Assembly (NCBI GenBank): GCA_041309605.1 | Contig: JBFYZH010000036.1 | Coordinates: forward strand, 23,568 to 87,567 | Length of the DNA: 64,000 nt | From: Candidatus Krumholzibacteriota bacterium | GTDB taxonomy: Bacteria > Krumholzibacteriota > Krumholzibacteriia > Krumholzibacteriales > Krumholzibacteriaceae | Direction of reading: 5' to 3' | Part shown: one piece after another, positions 40,380 through 50,066 of the stretch | How positions within the stretch are numbered: the first letter of the stretch is position 1 | Layout: the number at the start of each line of letters is the position of its first letter | Program-made: the position numbers and the translations under genes | The notes under the pieces: generated by a model | Databases searched by the model: none | What the model was told of the DNA's origin: nothing | The model's input: only the letters and a program-made list of their open reading frames with translations

Positions 40380-41417
40380 TTGACTCGAAAAACAAAAGGG
40401 ATCGCCATGATATCCGGCGGGCTCGATTCGCTTCTGGCCGTGGCCGTGCTCAAAATACAGGGGATAGAACTGGCAGGGATCCATTTCCTGAACGGGTTTT
40501 CCCCCGAAAACATGAAAAGAAGGGTGTACGACGGCGTCTCGCCTGAGGATATCGCCTCCGAAAAAGGCATCCGGCTTTCGGAACTGTTCGGCATACCGGT
40601 CGATGCGGTCGATGTCTCGCGGGAATTCCTCGAGGTCATGCACAGCCCGCGCCACGGGTTCGGCAGGAATATCAATCCCTGCATAGACTGCAAGATATTC
40701 ATGGCGGAAAAAGCCGGGGAGCGAATGGAAGCCGTCAGGGCCGATTTCGTTTTAACGGGCGAGGTTCTGGGGCAGCGGCCCATGTCGCAACACATGGCGG
40801 CATTGAGGACGGTGGAAAGGGAAAGCGGTTTGCAGGGCCTGCTCCTGAGGCCCCTTTCCGCGAGGCTTCTTCCTCCGACCGAGGTGGAGAAAAAGGGCCT
40901 TGTCGACCGAACCAGGCTGCTCGACATACAGGGCAGATCGAGGAGGAGGCAGTTCGAGCTCGCCGCGCTGTACGGCGTGACCGGGTACGGAACTCCCGCC
41001 GGCGGATGCGCGCTCACCGACGAGAATTATGCGCGAAGATATCTGGATCTGCTCGGACATTCGGGGGGGGAGCCGCTTTCGACGGAGGATATGATCCTGC
41101 TGTCGACCGGCAGGCACCTGAGGATTTCAGCGCGGACAAGGCTTGTCGTGGGAAGAAACCGGCAGGAAAACGAGTATCTCGAGAGAATTTGGGCGGGCGG
41201 CCGGCTCGCGACGACCCCCGACCATCCGGGACCGACGGTCCTCATACTCGGCGACCCGGACGACGGAGAGCTCGCCGCGGCGGCTTCCGTCACGGCGAGG
41301 TATTCGGACGGCAAGGGGATGAACGTTGTGAGGGTGGTGGTGACCGAAGGGGAGACGCGAAGAGAGTTCGACGTTGCTCCGGCGGCCGACGGTGAACTGG
41401 AAAGATGGCGTGTCTGA
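40380..41417 (+). CDS. PP-loop ATP pyrophosphatase, ThiI/MnmA-like tRNA sulfurtransferase superfamily (no THUMP domain)
   Basis: PP-loop motif MISGGLDS. Downstream NPCIDCK and TGEVLGQRPMSQ resemble the ThiI AANH domain. C-terminal domain unassigned. Confidence 0.5.
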   Translation: MTRKTKGIAMISGGLDSLLAVAVLKIQGIELAGIHFLNGFSPENMKRRVYDGVSPEDIASEKGIRLSELFGIPVDAVDVSREFLEVMHSPRHGFGRNINPCIDCKIFMAEKAGERMEAVRADFVLTGEVLGQRPMSQHMAALRTVERESGLQGLLLRPLSARLLPPTEVEKKGLVDRTRLLDIQGRSRRRQFELAALYGVTGYGTPAGGCALTDENYARRYLDLLGHSGGEPLSTEDMILLSTGRHLRISARTRLVVGRNRQENEYLERIWAGGRLATTPDHPGPTVLILGDPDDGELAAAASVTARYSDGKGMNVVRVVVTEGETRREFDVAPAADGELERWRV

Positions 41418-41463
41418 TAATTTCTAGACATTCCCCGAATATTTATTGACAGTGGAAGTCATA

Positions 41464-41961
41464 TCAACGCAGGGATTTTGTTATCAGCAGTTCATGACTT
41501 CTGAAAGCCAGGGGCGGAAGGCTGTCGAGCCCGAAAAATCGCGCCTCGGCGGCGTCGTCGGCTGCGACCGGTTCCCCCGCCCCGCATTTGAAACGGTAAC
41601 CCGTGATGACAAGGGAAGTGCCGTAGAATTCGCTGTCCTGATGCATGACATCGATCAGGACCGGGTCGCACCCCGTGATCCCGGTTTCTTCCATCAGTTC
41701 CCTCGCCGCCGCTTCCGCGGGGCTTTCTCCGATCTCGATGAACCCTCCGGGCAGGGCCCAGCGGCCGGCTCCGGGTTCGCGATTCCTCAGAACGAGGAGT
41801 ATCCGGCCGCCTTCATCGAATACGATGGCGGTAGCCGCCGGCACCGGGTTGTCGTAAATGAACCGTTCTTCCGAAACGCAATACATCCGTTCGCGTCCGT
41901 CGCTCATGGTTTTCGACAACGCTTTGCCGCAGAAAGGACAGTAATGCCATTTTTCCTTCAT
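41464..41961 (-). CDS. NUDIX hydrolase with N-terminal zinc ribbon
   Basis: Start at MKEKWHYCPFCGK (CxxC). Nudix box GGFIEIGESPAEAAARELMEETG. The longer tracked ORF extends to 42087. Confidence 0.7.
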   Translation of the reverse strand: MKEKWHYCPFCGKALSKTMSDGRERMYCVSEERFIYDNPVPAATAIVFDEGGRILLVLRNREPGAGRWALPGGFIEIGESPAEAAARELMEETGITGCDPVLIDVMHQDSEFYGTSLVITGYRFKCGAGEPVAADDAAEARFFGLDSLPPLAFRSHELLITKSLR

Positions 41962-42264
41962 GAGATCACCTGGCTTAACGCGGCCCAACCCCGGGTCATC
42001 CGGCGCGGCCACAGTGTAATAATATCGAAAAGACGGCCGCCTGCAAGGTTGAAGTTGCCCGGCTCGCCCCCTTGATATACAATCCACGCAAACAAAAGGC
42101 GTAACGAAGAAAGTGAAACAGCCGCGGCAATGGAACCGGCCGCCGGCTTCGAGGAAGGGAACCGGCCGATTTTCATCATGAGAGGCGTGGACCTGCTTCT
42201 CGCGATCCCGGCGGTCGTCGAATTCCCGCTCTCCTTCAGAAGATTAACATCCGGGTGACTGACG

Positions 42265-43236
42265 GTGAACAAAAAAATGGAAAGATCCTTTGACGCGATC
42301 GCGATAGGATATACGGCGGTAGATTTCCTGGCGACAGTGCCGGGCGTTCCGGCCATCGATACAAAGATGGAGATGGATCGTCTCGAGATACAGGGGGGCG
42401 GTCCTGCGGCGACGGCGGCGGTGACACTGAGCAGGCTCGGCCTGAGAACGGCATTTACCGGCAAGGTGGGTGACGATCTTTCCGGATCGATGATGCTGCG
42501 CGCCCTGGAGTCCGAAGGCGTAGACGTGTCGAGCGCGATCGTGGAGAAGGGCGGAAGGTCGCAGTTTGCTTTCATAATGGTCGACCGGAAAACGGCCGCA
42601 AGGACGATCCTGTGGACGCGCGGTTCCATCGCCCCTATCCGGCCGGATGAACTCGAATACGGCATCATCGGCACCTCGGGCGGATTACTGATCGATTCCC
42701 ACGAGCCGCTCGGGGCGCTCGCCGCGGCACGGACTGCGCGGGAAAACGGCGTGCCTGTCGTCATCGACGCCGGCACGCTGAGAGAGGGGATAAGGGAGAT
42801 ACTGCCTTTCTGCGATTACATAGTGGGCAGCGCCCTCTTCGCCGCGCAGATATCGGGCGGGGGAAGCGTGGAGGAAGCATTGAAAACCATGTCCGGGTTC
42901 GGACCCAGAGCTTCCGTAATCACTCTCGGAAGCAAAGGATGCGTGGCGATGACCGAGGCGGGGATTATAGAATCGCATGGGTTCGAAGTGGATGCCGTCG
43001 ATACTACCGGAGCCGGGGATGTATTTCACGGCGCTTTTCTCTTCGGAATCATACGGGGGTGGGACGTCGGGAAAGCGTGTCTTTTTTCAAATGCCGTCGC
43101 GGCGATGAAGTGCCGCGGGCGGGGCGGAAGGGCCGGTATCCCGAAGCTGGAAGAGGCGCTCCTGTTTCTGGAGGAGAGGATGCCGGGTCTCGATTTTGGC
43201 GCTGTTAAAAAGGGAACCAGCACTACTCGTCGATAA
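42265..43236 (+). CDS. PfkB-family carbohydrate/nucleoside kinase
   Basis: N-terminal GG motif (IQGGGPAATAA) and C-terminal TTGAGDVFHGAF signature of the ribokinase/PfkB family. Confidence 0.75.
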   Translation: MNKKMERSFDAIAIGYTAVDFLATVPGVPAIDTKMEMDRLEIQGGGPAATAAVTLSRLGLRTAFTGKVGDDLSGSMMLRALESEGVDVSSAIVEKGGRSQFAFIMVDRKTAARTILWTRGSIAPIRPDELEYGIIGTSGGLLIDSHEPLGALAAARTARENGVPVVIDAGTLREGIREILPFCDYIVGSALFAAQISGGGSVEEALKTMSGFGPRASVITLGSKGCVAMTEAGIIESHGFEVDAVDTTGAGDVFHGAFLFGIIRGWDVGKACLFSNAVAAMKCRGRGGRAGIPKLEEALLFLEERMPGLDFGAVKKGTSTTRR

Positions 43237-43717
43237 TGACGTGTTCCACGCCTCCGCTCCCGGTGTCGAAGATCGCGAATCCGGGATCCTCGACAAGTCC
43301 CATCACTTCACCCGGATTGATATGGATCGCCCCTTCCACATCCTCCGTCTTATTCCGGTGAGTGTGGCCGGAAAATACCGCCCTGTAACGGCCGGTTGCC
43401 GCGAGACCTTCGCCGAATTCCGGCCTGTGCGTGAAAGCTATCGTTCCATCATTCGTTTCGATTTCGCCGGTCTCTCCGTGTACGGTGACGTTTGGATACC
43501 GTCCGGCGATCCTTCCGATGGTGAAACGGTCGCCGTCATTGTTTCCGAACACGATGTGGACATGGCCCGGGAAAGCGGCAAGCCTCTCTATCATGAAAGG
43601 AGAACAAAGATCCCCGCAATGAACAAGGATCTCCGCTCCCGACGCTTTTATCAGATCGACCGCCTTCTCCAGATGTTCGATATGGTCGTGGGAATCGCTC
43701 ATTACCGCAATCTTCAT
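43223..43717 (-). CDS. Metallophosphoesterase, YfcE/MJ0936 family
   Basis: 164 aa starting MKIAVMSDSHDH, with GDLCSP and GHTH motifs. RBS GGAG upstream. The tracked ORF (to 44311) is an antisense extension across cutA. Confidence 0.75.
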   Translation of the reverse strand: MKIAVMSDSHDHIEHLEKAVDLIKASGAEILVHCGDLCSPFMIERLAAFPGHVHIVFGNNDGDRFTIGRIAGRYPNVTVHGETGEIETNDGTIAFTHRPEFGEGLAATGRYRAVFSGHTHRNKTEDVEGAIHINPGEVMGLVEDPGFAIFDTGSGGVEHVIIDE

Positions 43718-43936
43718 ATTTTTTGCTCCTGTCGGATTTTCCGCGGGCCGGGAGGCGTGACCGGCCGTTCCGGCCCAGGCCGCCGGGTTCAATAGGCCCG
43801 CACTCCGTCGATTGACACATGATGCCGCCGTTCCCGCCTCATGCGATTGTACACGCAGTTCGCGGTTGTTGGCACCAAAAAAGAACTGTATACTCCCTGC
43901 GAGTCCCGGACGGATGGTTTCTGAAAGGGGGAGAAA

Positions 43937-44254
43937 TTGAGCGATTTTACAGTCGTGCTGGTGACGGCGTCGAACAGGGAAGAAGCGGACAACATTGCAA
44001 TGCAGCTGATCAACGCCGGGTTGTCGCCCTGCGTGAATATCATTTCTTCCTGTCATTCCGTCTATCAGTGGAAGGGGGAGTTTCGCAGGGACGACGAGGT
44101 TCTCATGTTCATAAAGAGCCGCAAGGAGGAGTTCGAGGAACTTAAAACCGTCGTGGAAAAGCACCACTCGTACGACGTTCCTGAGATCCTGTCCCTTGAG
44201 ATCGAAAAGATGTCCGAAAAGTACGGAGCTTTCCTGAAGGGATTCTTCAGGTGA
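43937..44254 (+). CDS. cutA: Divalent-cation tolerance protein CutA
   Basis: 105 aa with TTG start. Conserved C..SVYQWKGE...E motif pattern of CutA1. Confidence 0.8.
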   Translation: MSDFTVVLVTASNREEADNIAMQLINAGLSPCVNIISSCHSVYQWKGEFRRDDEVLMFIKSRKEEFEELKTVVEKHHSYDVPEILSLEIEKMSEKYGAFLKGFFR

Positions 44255-44503
44255 GAAGCCGGGGGAAGTTTTTTCCCCGCGCCGCTGCAGATTTACACCG
44301 CTGACGATCACCCGCGCTCATGAAACGCCGTCAGGCCGTTTGAGCGATTCCCGAGTCCAAGGGCTATCCCGTTGAACCGTAAAAACATATGCCGCCATGG
44401 ACGAATGAATCGCCTCGTCTGCGGGCGATCGGTTCCATGGCACGCCTTTTGTTTGTGATGACGGGTGACGAAACCCGATATTCAGCGATTTAATGGAGAA
44501 AAC

Positions 44504-45616
44504 ATGTCGATATCGACAGCTCTGCCTTCGGTCGACGCTCATGTAAGTCTTCTTCAGAAGGCCGAGAATCTTCTGTCCCGCGGACAGGATGACCATGCGG
44601 AGAGCGTTTATAAAAGCCTGGCGAAGGTTCCGGGCATCGCCGCGATAACGCTGTTCAGGCTGGGGGAAATAGCGAACAGGCGGGGTGACGCGGTCGTTTC
44701 ATCCGATTTGCACAGGCGCGCGTATCTTGCCGAATCGCGCCTGGCGTCAAAGATAACCGCCCCGGGGCATCCCTTTCACGATTATGTGTACAGGAATGTG
44801 CCCCAGGCGCAGACCGGAGGGTGCCCGATATGCGCTGCGGCCGGAAAACCGTACTGGGCTTTCAACATGGTGACCAACGCCGATTTCAACGAGGGATTCG
44901 ACCCCGTCCGGACCTGGATGCTGTGCGAGTCGTGCAACCATATCTACGCGTCGGCCCGTCCGGAGAAGATCACGGACGTGCTTTCCGGATCGGAAAATGA
45001 GCAGTATGCCAAACCCAGGGTGGATCTTCTGTCGTACATGGGCGCGGTCGTCTCCGGCCTGAAGCGCGCCGCCCCGGGAAAGAGATTTCTGGACGTGGGT
45101 GTCGGGGCCGGAGAGATGATGGCCGTGGCGCGCGAATACGGGTTTGAAGCGAAGGGTCTTGAGATAAGGCCGGCGCACGCGGACAGGGTTTCGCGGATAC
45201 TGGGGCTTGAAGTCATATGCGGGGATTTCAACGATTACACCCCCGGGACGAAATACGACATTATCTGCATGGGAGACGTGCTCGAACACATGACCGACCC
45301 TGTCGGCGCCGTCGGAAAGGCGTCGTCCCTGCTCGGAGCCGGCGGGATCCTGTGGATATCCACCCCCAATTTCGAGAGCGCGTTTTCCGTAATCATGAAG
45401 GACTCCGATCCGATGAAAAGGGTATGCGAGCATCTGAACTATTTTTCGTTTGGTTCACTCGAAAAAATCCTGTTGAGCGGCGGATTCAGCGTCGTCGACT
45501 ACAGGATTTCCGGTCATTACAACGGGTCCATGGAAGTCACCGCCATGAGGGCGGAGCGCCCGGCGCCGTACGGCGGGTCCCCGGAAAGTACCCGGGTCGG
45601 CGAAATACACGCATAA
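44504..45616 (+). CDS. Class I SAM-dependent methyltransferase with N-terminal helical (TPR-like) and Cys-cluster region
   Basis: Motif I LDVGVGAGEMM and the downstream D-x-I/V motifs of Methyltransf_11/23. CPICAAAG...CESC cysteine cluster upstream. Confidence 0.6.
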   Translation: MSISTALPSVDAHVSLLQKAENLLSRGQDDHAESVYKSLAKVPGIAAITLFRLGEIANRRGDAVVSSDLHRRAYLAESRLASKITAPGHPFHDYVYRNVPQAQTGGCPICAAAGKPYWAFNMVTNADFNEGFDPVRTWMLCESCNHIYASARPEKITDVLSGSENEQYAKPRVDLLSYMGAVVSGLKRAAPGKRFLDVGVGAGEMMAVAREYGFEAKGLEIRPAHADRVSRILGLEVICGDFNDYTPGTKYDIICMGDVLEHMTDPVGAVGKASSLLGAGGILWISTPNFESAFSVIMKDSDPMKRVCEHLNYFSFGSLEKILLSGGFSVVDYRISGHYNGSMEVTAMRAERPAPYGGSPESTRVGEIHA

Positions 45617-45626
45617 AGGCGGAAAA

Positions 45627-47504
45627 ATGCCTCGAAAAAACGGGAACGACATTGTCGATATCGGAAAATCCAGGAAAAGCCGGTCCGGGTCGATAACCTG
45701 CTGCATGATCACGCTCGACGAGGAAGAATGCATCCGCGACGCAATCGGGAGCGTCAGGGGACTTGTCGACGAGTTGGTCGTCGTGGATACGGGATCGACG
45801 GACGGGACCGTGGCCCTGGCCGAAAGCCTGGGCGCAAGGGTTTACCGGAAGAAATGGAACAACGATTTCAGCGATGCCAGGAACCATGCCATCGACAGGG
45901 CGACGGGCGACTGGATATTGATACTTGACGCCGACGAGGTCATAGACGCGAGGGCGCACCGGCGGATAAAATCGCTGGTATCGGGAAACCCGGACGCCGC
46001 CTTCATGTTCGAACAATGGACCTACACGGACGATTCGGACACGTTCGGCTGGAGGAGCGCGGCTCCGGATGACGGAATGAACAGGGGCACGCTGGGGTAT
46101 TTCCCCAGCCAGCAGGTGAGACTCTTCAGGAACGCCGATGCCATAAGGTACAGGGGGGAGGTGCATGAGGATGTGGAGGAATCCCTTTCCAGCCTGGCAG
46201 TGCCGATCTACAAGGCGGAAGGCGTCATCGTGCATCATTACGGGCGGCTGAAGGATTCGGACAGGGTGGACCGCAAGTACCGGATGTACCGCGACCTTGG
46301 GGAAAAGAAACTCAGGGCCAATCCGGGCAACACCAAATATATTTTCGAGCTGGCTTCCCAGCTTCTCGGCCTGGGGCACACCGAAGAATCACTCGATCAG
46401 ACGGAGAATGGACTCGCGCTGAATCCGCGAAGCTGGGAATTCCTCAATCTGAAAGGCCTGGCGCTTTTGAAGCTCGGCCGCGTCGGCGAGTCCGTGGAAT
46501 GTTTCCGGAAGGGCCTGGACGCGCAGAAATCCAAACCGGACCTGTACAACAACCTGGGAGTGGCCCTGATAGAGAGCAGGGACGCCGATGGCGCGCTGGA
46601 AGCCCTGAGACAAGGAATGAAATTATCGCCGGATAACGCAAATCTTCTCAGGAACGCGGCTTCGGCGTGCATTCTCAAGGGAGACAACCAGGCGGGGCTC
46701 GATTATATAAACCGGTCCCTGGAAGTCGATCCATTCATGTCCCAGTCGCACATCATACTGGCCGAAATCATGTACAGGATGGAGGATTTCGATCTCGCGG
46801 CGGAAGCGCTGGAAAAGATAAGATTCATTCCCGGCACGGATCTGAAGGTGTATCTGAAATCCGTATTTCTTTATTCGCAGATGAAGATGACCTCTCGCGC
46901 TTCCGAGGTGGTAGGCAGGGCTCTTTCCGAATACCCGACACATGAAGGGCTGATATATCTCTCCGGCAAGATACATGAGATGAAGGACGAATTCGACAGC
47001 GCGATAGCCATATACAGCCAGTTGCTGCTTAGAAATCCCGACAACTCGGAGATACAGAACAGCCTCGGCTGCATCCATGAAAAACGCGGGGAGTTGAAGA
47101 AAGCGCTGGCATGTTTCGAAAAGGCGTACAGGCTTTCCCCGGGCAACCTCCAGATCGAGACCAATCTCGGGATCATCCTGGGCAAATTGAACAGGGACGA
47201 CGAGGCCGAACGCGAGTTAAGGACGGTTCTCGATAAGGATAAGGGCAACGGTTCGGCTCTTAACGCACTCGGATGCTTCCTTTCCAAGCGCGGCAGGTAT
47301 TCCGAGGCGATCTCCATTTTCTCGCGGGCCATCGAACGGACCCCGTCGGACGTCCGGTTGTATCTCAATCTCGGCCTGGTCTGCGAAAAATTGAACATGC
47401 CGGTGAAAGCCGCCGAAATTTACGAAAAAGCCGCCGCCATCGATCCCGCCTCGGTATCGCTTGTCGAGTCGCGCCTCGAACAGCTCAGGGAAACGGTGAC
47501 ATGA
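45627..47504 (+). CDS. Family 2 glycosyltransferase fused to C-terminal TPR repeats
   Basis: GT2 motifs (CCMITLDEE..., DTGSTDGT, DAD in ILDADEV), followed by about 10 TPR-like repeats. Confidence 0.7.
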   Translation: MPRKNGNDIVDIGKSRKSRSGSITCCMITLDEEECIRDAIGSVRGLVDELVVVDTGSTDGTVALAESLGARVYRKKWNNDFSDARNHAIDRATGDWILILDADEVIDARAHRRIKSLVSGNPDAAFMFEQWTYTDDSDTFGWRSAAPDDGMNRGTLGYFPSQQVRLFRNADAIRYRGEVHEDVEESLSSLAVPIYKAEGVIVHHYGRLKDSDRVDRKYRMYRDLGEKKLRANPGNTKYIFELASQLLGLGHTEESLDQTENGLALNPRSWEFLNLKGLALLKLGRVGESVECFRKGLDAQKSKPDLYNNLGVALIESRDADGALEALRQGMKLSPDNANLLRNAASACILKGDNQAGLDYINRSLEVDPFMSQSHIILAEIMYRMEDFDLAAEALEKIRFIPGTDLKVYLKSVFLYSQMKMTSRASEVVGRALSEYPTHEGLIYLSGKIHEMKDEFDSAIAIYSQLLLRNPDNSEIQNSLGCIHEKRGELKKALACFEKAYRLSPGNLQIETNLGIILGKLNRDDEAERELRTVLDKDKGNGSALNALGCFLSKRGRYSEAISIFSRAIERTPSDVRLYLNLGLVCEKLNMPVKAAEIYEKAAAIDPASVSLVESRLEQLRETVT

Positions 47505-47571
47505 CATTTCACGCGCTAAAGTTCCGACGGCGACGGGCGAAAATGGGGATGAGCCTGTAAATGCCGGAGTA

Positions 47572-49086
47572 TTGCCCATGAAACCTTTGGAACTGGTTCT
47601 TGTGGTGGATGATTCCAAGGTCATCCGTTCCAGGATGAAGAACATACTTGAGCGCAACGGCTACGACGTCATCCTCAGGGAGGACGGGGAAGCCGGAGTG
47701 CTGGCCGCGCTGGAGTACGGTCCGGATCTCATAATAATGGATCTTAACATGCCGCGCATGGATGGGTTTACGGCCAGTTCCATGTTGAAACGCTATCCAC
47801 AGACGCGTAACATGCCGATCGCCGTATTCACCGATGAGAACGAGACGCAGAGGAAGGTCGATTTCTTCGGGATAGGGGTCGAGGATTTCATCCTGAAAGA
47901 CGCCGATGAAGCCGAAGTCACGGCGAGGGTCGGCGGGCTGCTCAGGTGGAAAAAAAACCGCGACAACCTGGCGCAGGAAAATAACAAACTCGGCAACATC
48001 ATCGATATACTCAGCGATCTCGTGATCATCTTCGACACCGCAGGCAAGCTGGTCTTTTACAACAGGGCGGCGGGCCACAGATTCAGGCTGATTCCCGAAC
48101 TGATCCAGGAAAAGACGATACTTGAAATTCTTCCCGCCGCCGGGAAAGTGCGGGATCTGTGCCGGTACATAGACACAAGAGAGGAGATCCACGATCAGGA
48201 AGTGGAGATAGACCATGGAGAAACCGGAGTCAGGCACTATATGGCCGATATAAACAGGATTTACATAGGCCTGAGCGAGGATGTCGGCGGAGCGTTCATT
48301 CTCAGGGACATCACGGGGGAAAAGGAGGCCCAGCGTCTGAAAACCGAATTCTATTCGATGATGGCCCATGAAATGAGGACTCCGATCAGCGTTGTTCTCG
48401 GTTATACGCAGTTGATACTTGACGGCAGGGCCGGAGAGATATCCGCGCTTCAGCAGGAATTTCTTCGAGGCGTCGAGGAAAAGGGGAAGGTCCTGATAAA
48501 ACTGGTGAACGATTTCCTGGAAGTGTCAAGGCTCGAGAACAAGTTTATCCGGCTCGACCCGTCCGTATTCGATATCTCCATTCTGGTCACCGAGACGGTT
48601 TCGGGGATCAGGCTTCTCGCCGAGAACAAGAACATCAGCCTGACATGCGGATGCCGCGGGGTGCCGATCCTGCTGCGTGCCGACAGGGACAAACTCGAAC
48701 ATGTCATGATAAATCTCGTCGAGAACGCGATCAAGTACACCGAGGAAAACGGAACCGTCACGGTCAGGTGCGGCGTCGAAGACGGCGGGGCCGTGATCGA
48801 GATCGAGGATACCGGCATCGGCATGTCCGGCGAAGAGCTGAAATTCATTTTCGACAGGTTCACAAGGGCCGGCAACGCCGAAAAAAAGAAGATCAAGGGT
48901 ACCGGTCTCGGGCTCGCGATCGTCAAAGAGATCGTCGATGCGCACAAGGGCAGGATAGATGTCGAAAGTCAGGATGGCAAGGGCAGTGTTTTCCGCTTAT
49001 GGATCCCTGGCGTTGTTGAACGGCCGGATGCTCCCGCAGGAATCGTCCGCGAAGTCGAGATACCCGTTCCTGATATGCGGGAATGA
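47572..49086 (+). CDS. Hybrid response-regulator receiver / histidine kinase
   Basis: N-terminal REC domain (LVVDDS...D at DLNMPRMDG). HisKA H-box MAHEMRTPIS. HATPase_c N/G boxes (NLVENAIKYT, GTGLGLAIV). Confidence 0.75.
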   Translation: MPMKPLELVLVVDDSKVIRSRMKNILERNGYDVILREDGEAGVLAALEYGPDLIIMDLNMPRMDGFTASSMLKRYPQTRNMPIAVFTDENETQRKVDFFGIGVEDFILKDADEAEVTARVGGLLRWKKNRDNLAQENNKLGNIIDILSDLVIIFDTAGKLVFYNRAAGHRFRLIPELIQEKTILEILPAAGKVRDLCRYIDTREEIHDQEVEIDHGETGVRHYMADINRIYIGLSEDVGGAFILRDITGEKEAQRLKTEFYSMMAHEMRTPISVVLGYTQLILDGRAGEISALQQEFLRGVEEKGKVLIKLVNDFLEVSRLENKFIRLDPSVFDISILVTETVSGIRLLAENKNISLTCGCRGVPILLRADRDKLEHVMINLVENAIKYTEENGTVTVRCGVEDGGAVIEIEDTGIGMSGEELKFIFDRFTRAGNAEKKKIKGTGLGLAIVKEIVDAHKGRIDVESQDGKGSVFRLWIPGVVERPDAPAGIVREVEIPVPDMRE

Positions 49087-49249
49087 CCCGAAGGGGATTA
49101 ATTTCCCCGCCGGGGCTGAAAAATTTTCCTTGAAATTCAGGCTGTTACCCCGGAAGAGACCCGCCACGGGCCGCGATTCATCCTCTTAAAATGTTGTTTC
49201 ACAAGGCAATGGAGTTAAATCCCTGCTAGACGCGGGACTAAAGTCCCAC

Positions 49250-49265
49250 GGGCATGTCTCTTGCC
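49250..49265 (+). promoter_or_regulatory. Candidate sigma54 (-24/-12) promoter upstream of flgF
   Basis: gGGCATgtctcTTGCC has GG and GC separated exactly as in the TGGCAC-N5-TTGCA consensus. The GC is ~28 nt upstream of the flgF ATG. Confidence 0.3.
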
Positions 49266-49292
49266 GTTGGGGATGCAGTATGGAGGAATACG

Positions 49293-49991
49293 ATGCTTAA
49301 AGGTATTTCGATTGCGGCTAACGCCATGAAAAATCAGACCGCGAGAAACGACATGATCGCCAACAATCTGGCCAATGTCGATACGACGGGGTTCAAAAAG
49401 GATATCGCCTTGTTCCAGCTCGGGAAAACCGGCGGGGGACAACCCGACACAACCGTTCGCCTTGTCACGGCCCATGAACAGGGTCCGCTGACCCGTACCG
49501 AAAGAGCCCTCGACCTGGCCATACAGGGCGACGGTTTCTTCGTCGTTGAAACAGAAGATGGGGAAAGATACACAAGGGCCGGTTCGTTCGTCGTCACGCC
49601 GGAAGGCCACCTCGCGACAATCGATGGCAACAAGGTGTCCGGCGCGGCGGCAATTCCTCCGGGCGAGATCGAGGTGTCCAGAGAAGGTAACATCAGCGTG
49701 AACGGAGTCGATGCGGGGCAGATCGGGGTCGTAACGTTTGAGGACGCGACAAGGCTTGAAAAAACCGGATCGGGGCTCTTCGCTGCACCGGACGATATGT
49801 CCTCGTCGGAGATGCCCGAGGAGGAACGCTTCATATTGTCGGGATTTCTCGAGAACAGCAACGTCGAGGTGATAACGGAGATGACAGACATGATTACCGC
49901 GCTCAAAGCCTACGAGATATCCCAGAAAGCGCTTAAATCGGAGGATGAGATACTTCACCTGCTGATAAGTACGGTCGGCAAGACGGGATAA
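49293..49991 (+). CDS. flgF: Flagellar basal-body rod protein FlgF
   Basis: Flg_bb_rod N-terminal motif (NDMIANNLANVDTTGFK) and C-terminal rod domain. Immediately upstream of flgG. ATG at 49293 follows GGAGG. Confidence 0.7.
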   Translation: MLKGISIAANAMKNQTARNDMIANNLANVDTTGFKKDIALFQLGKTGGGQPDTTVRLVTAHEQGPLTRTERALDLAIQGDGFFVVETEDGERYTRAGSFVVTPEGHLATIDGNKVSGAAAIPPGEIEVSREGNISVNGVDAGQIGVVTFEDATRLEKTGSGLFAAPDDMSSSEMPEEERFILSGFLENSNVEVITEMTDMITALKAYEISQKALKSEDEILHLLISTVGKTG

Positions 49992-50066
49992 ATCAATGAC
50001 GTCGATCAATGCGGGATATTTATACATGAACCGGCCGTGCGCCGGAGACAGGAAAGCGAGGTCGAT

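Noticed and set aside
41958-42776. 272-aa minus-strand ORF
   Set aside because: Antisense to the PfkB kinase gene. Its 5' end also overlaps the real NUDIX start region.
43718-44311. Upstream extension of the 43223..44311 minus-strand ORF
   Set aside because: Only the C-terminal 164 aa (from MKIAVMSD, preceded by GGAG) match the YfcE phosphoesterase family. The N-terminal extension lies antisense to the well-supported cutA gene.
47509-48369. 286-aa minus-strand ORF
   Set aside because: Antisense to the hybrid kinase gene.
49215-50027. 270-aa minus-strand ORF
   Set aside because: Antisense to flgF.
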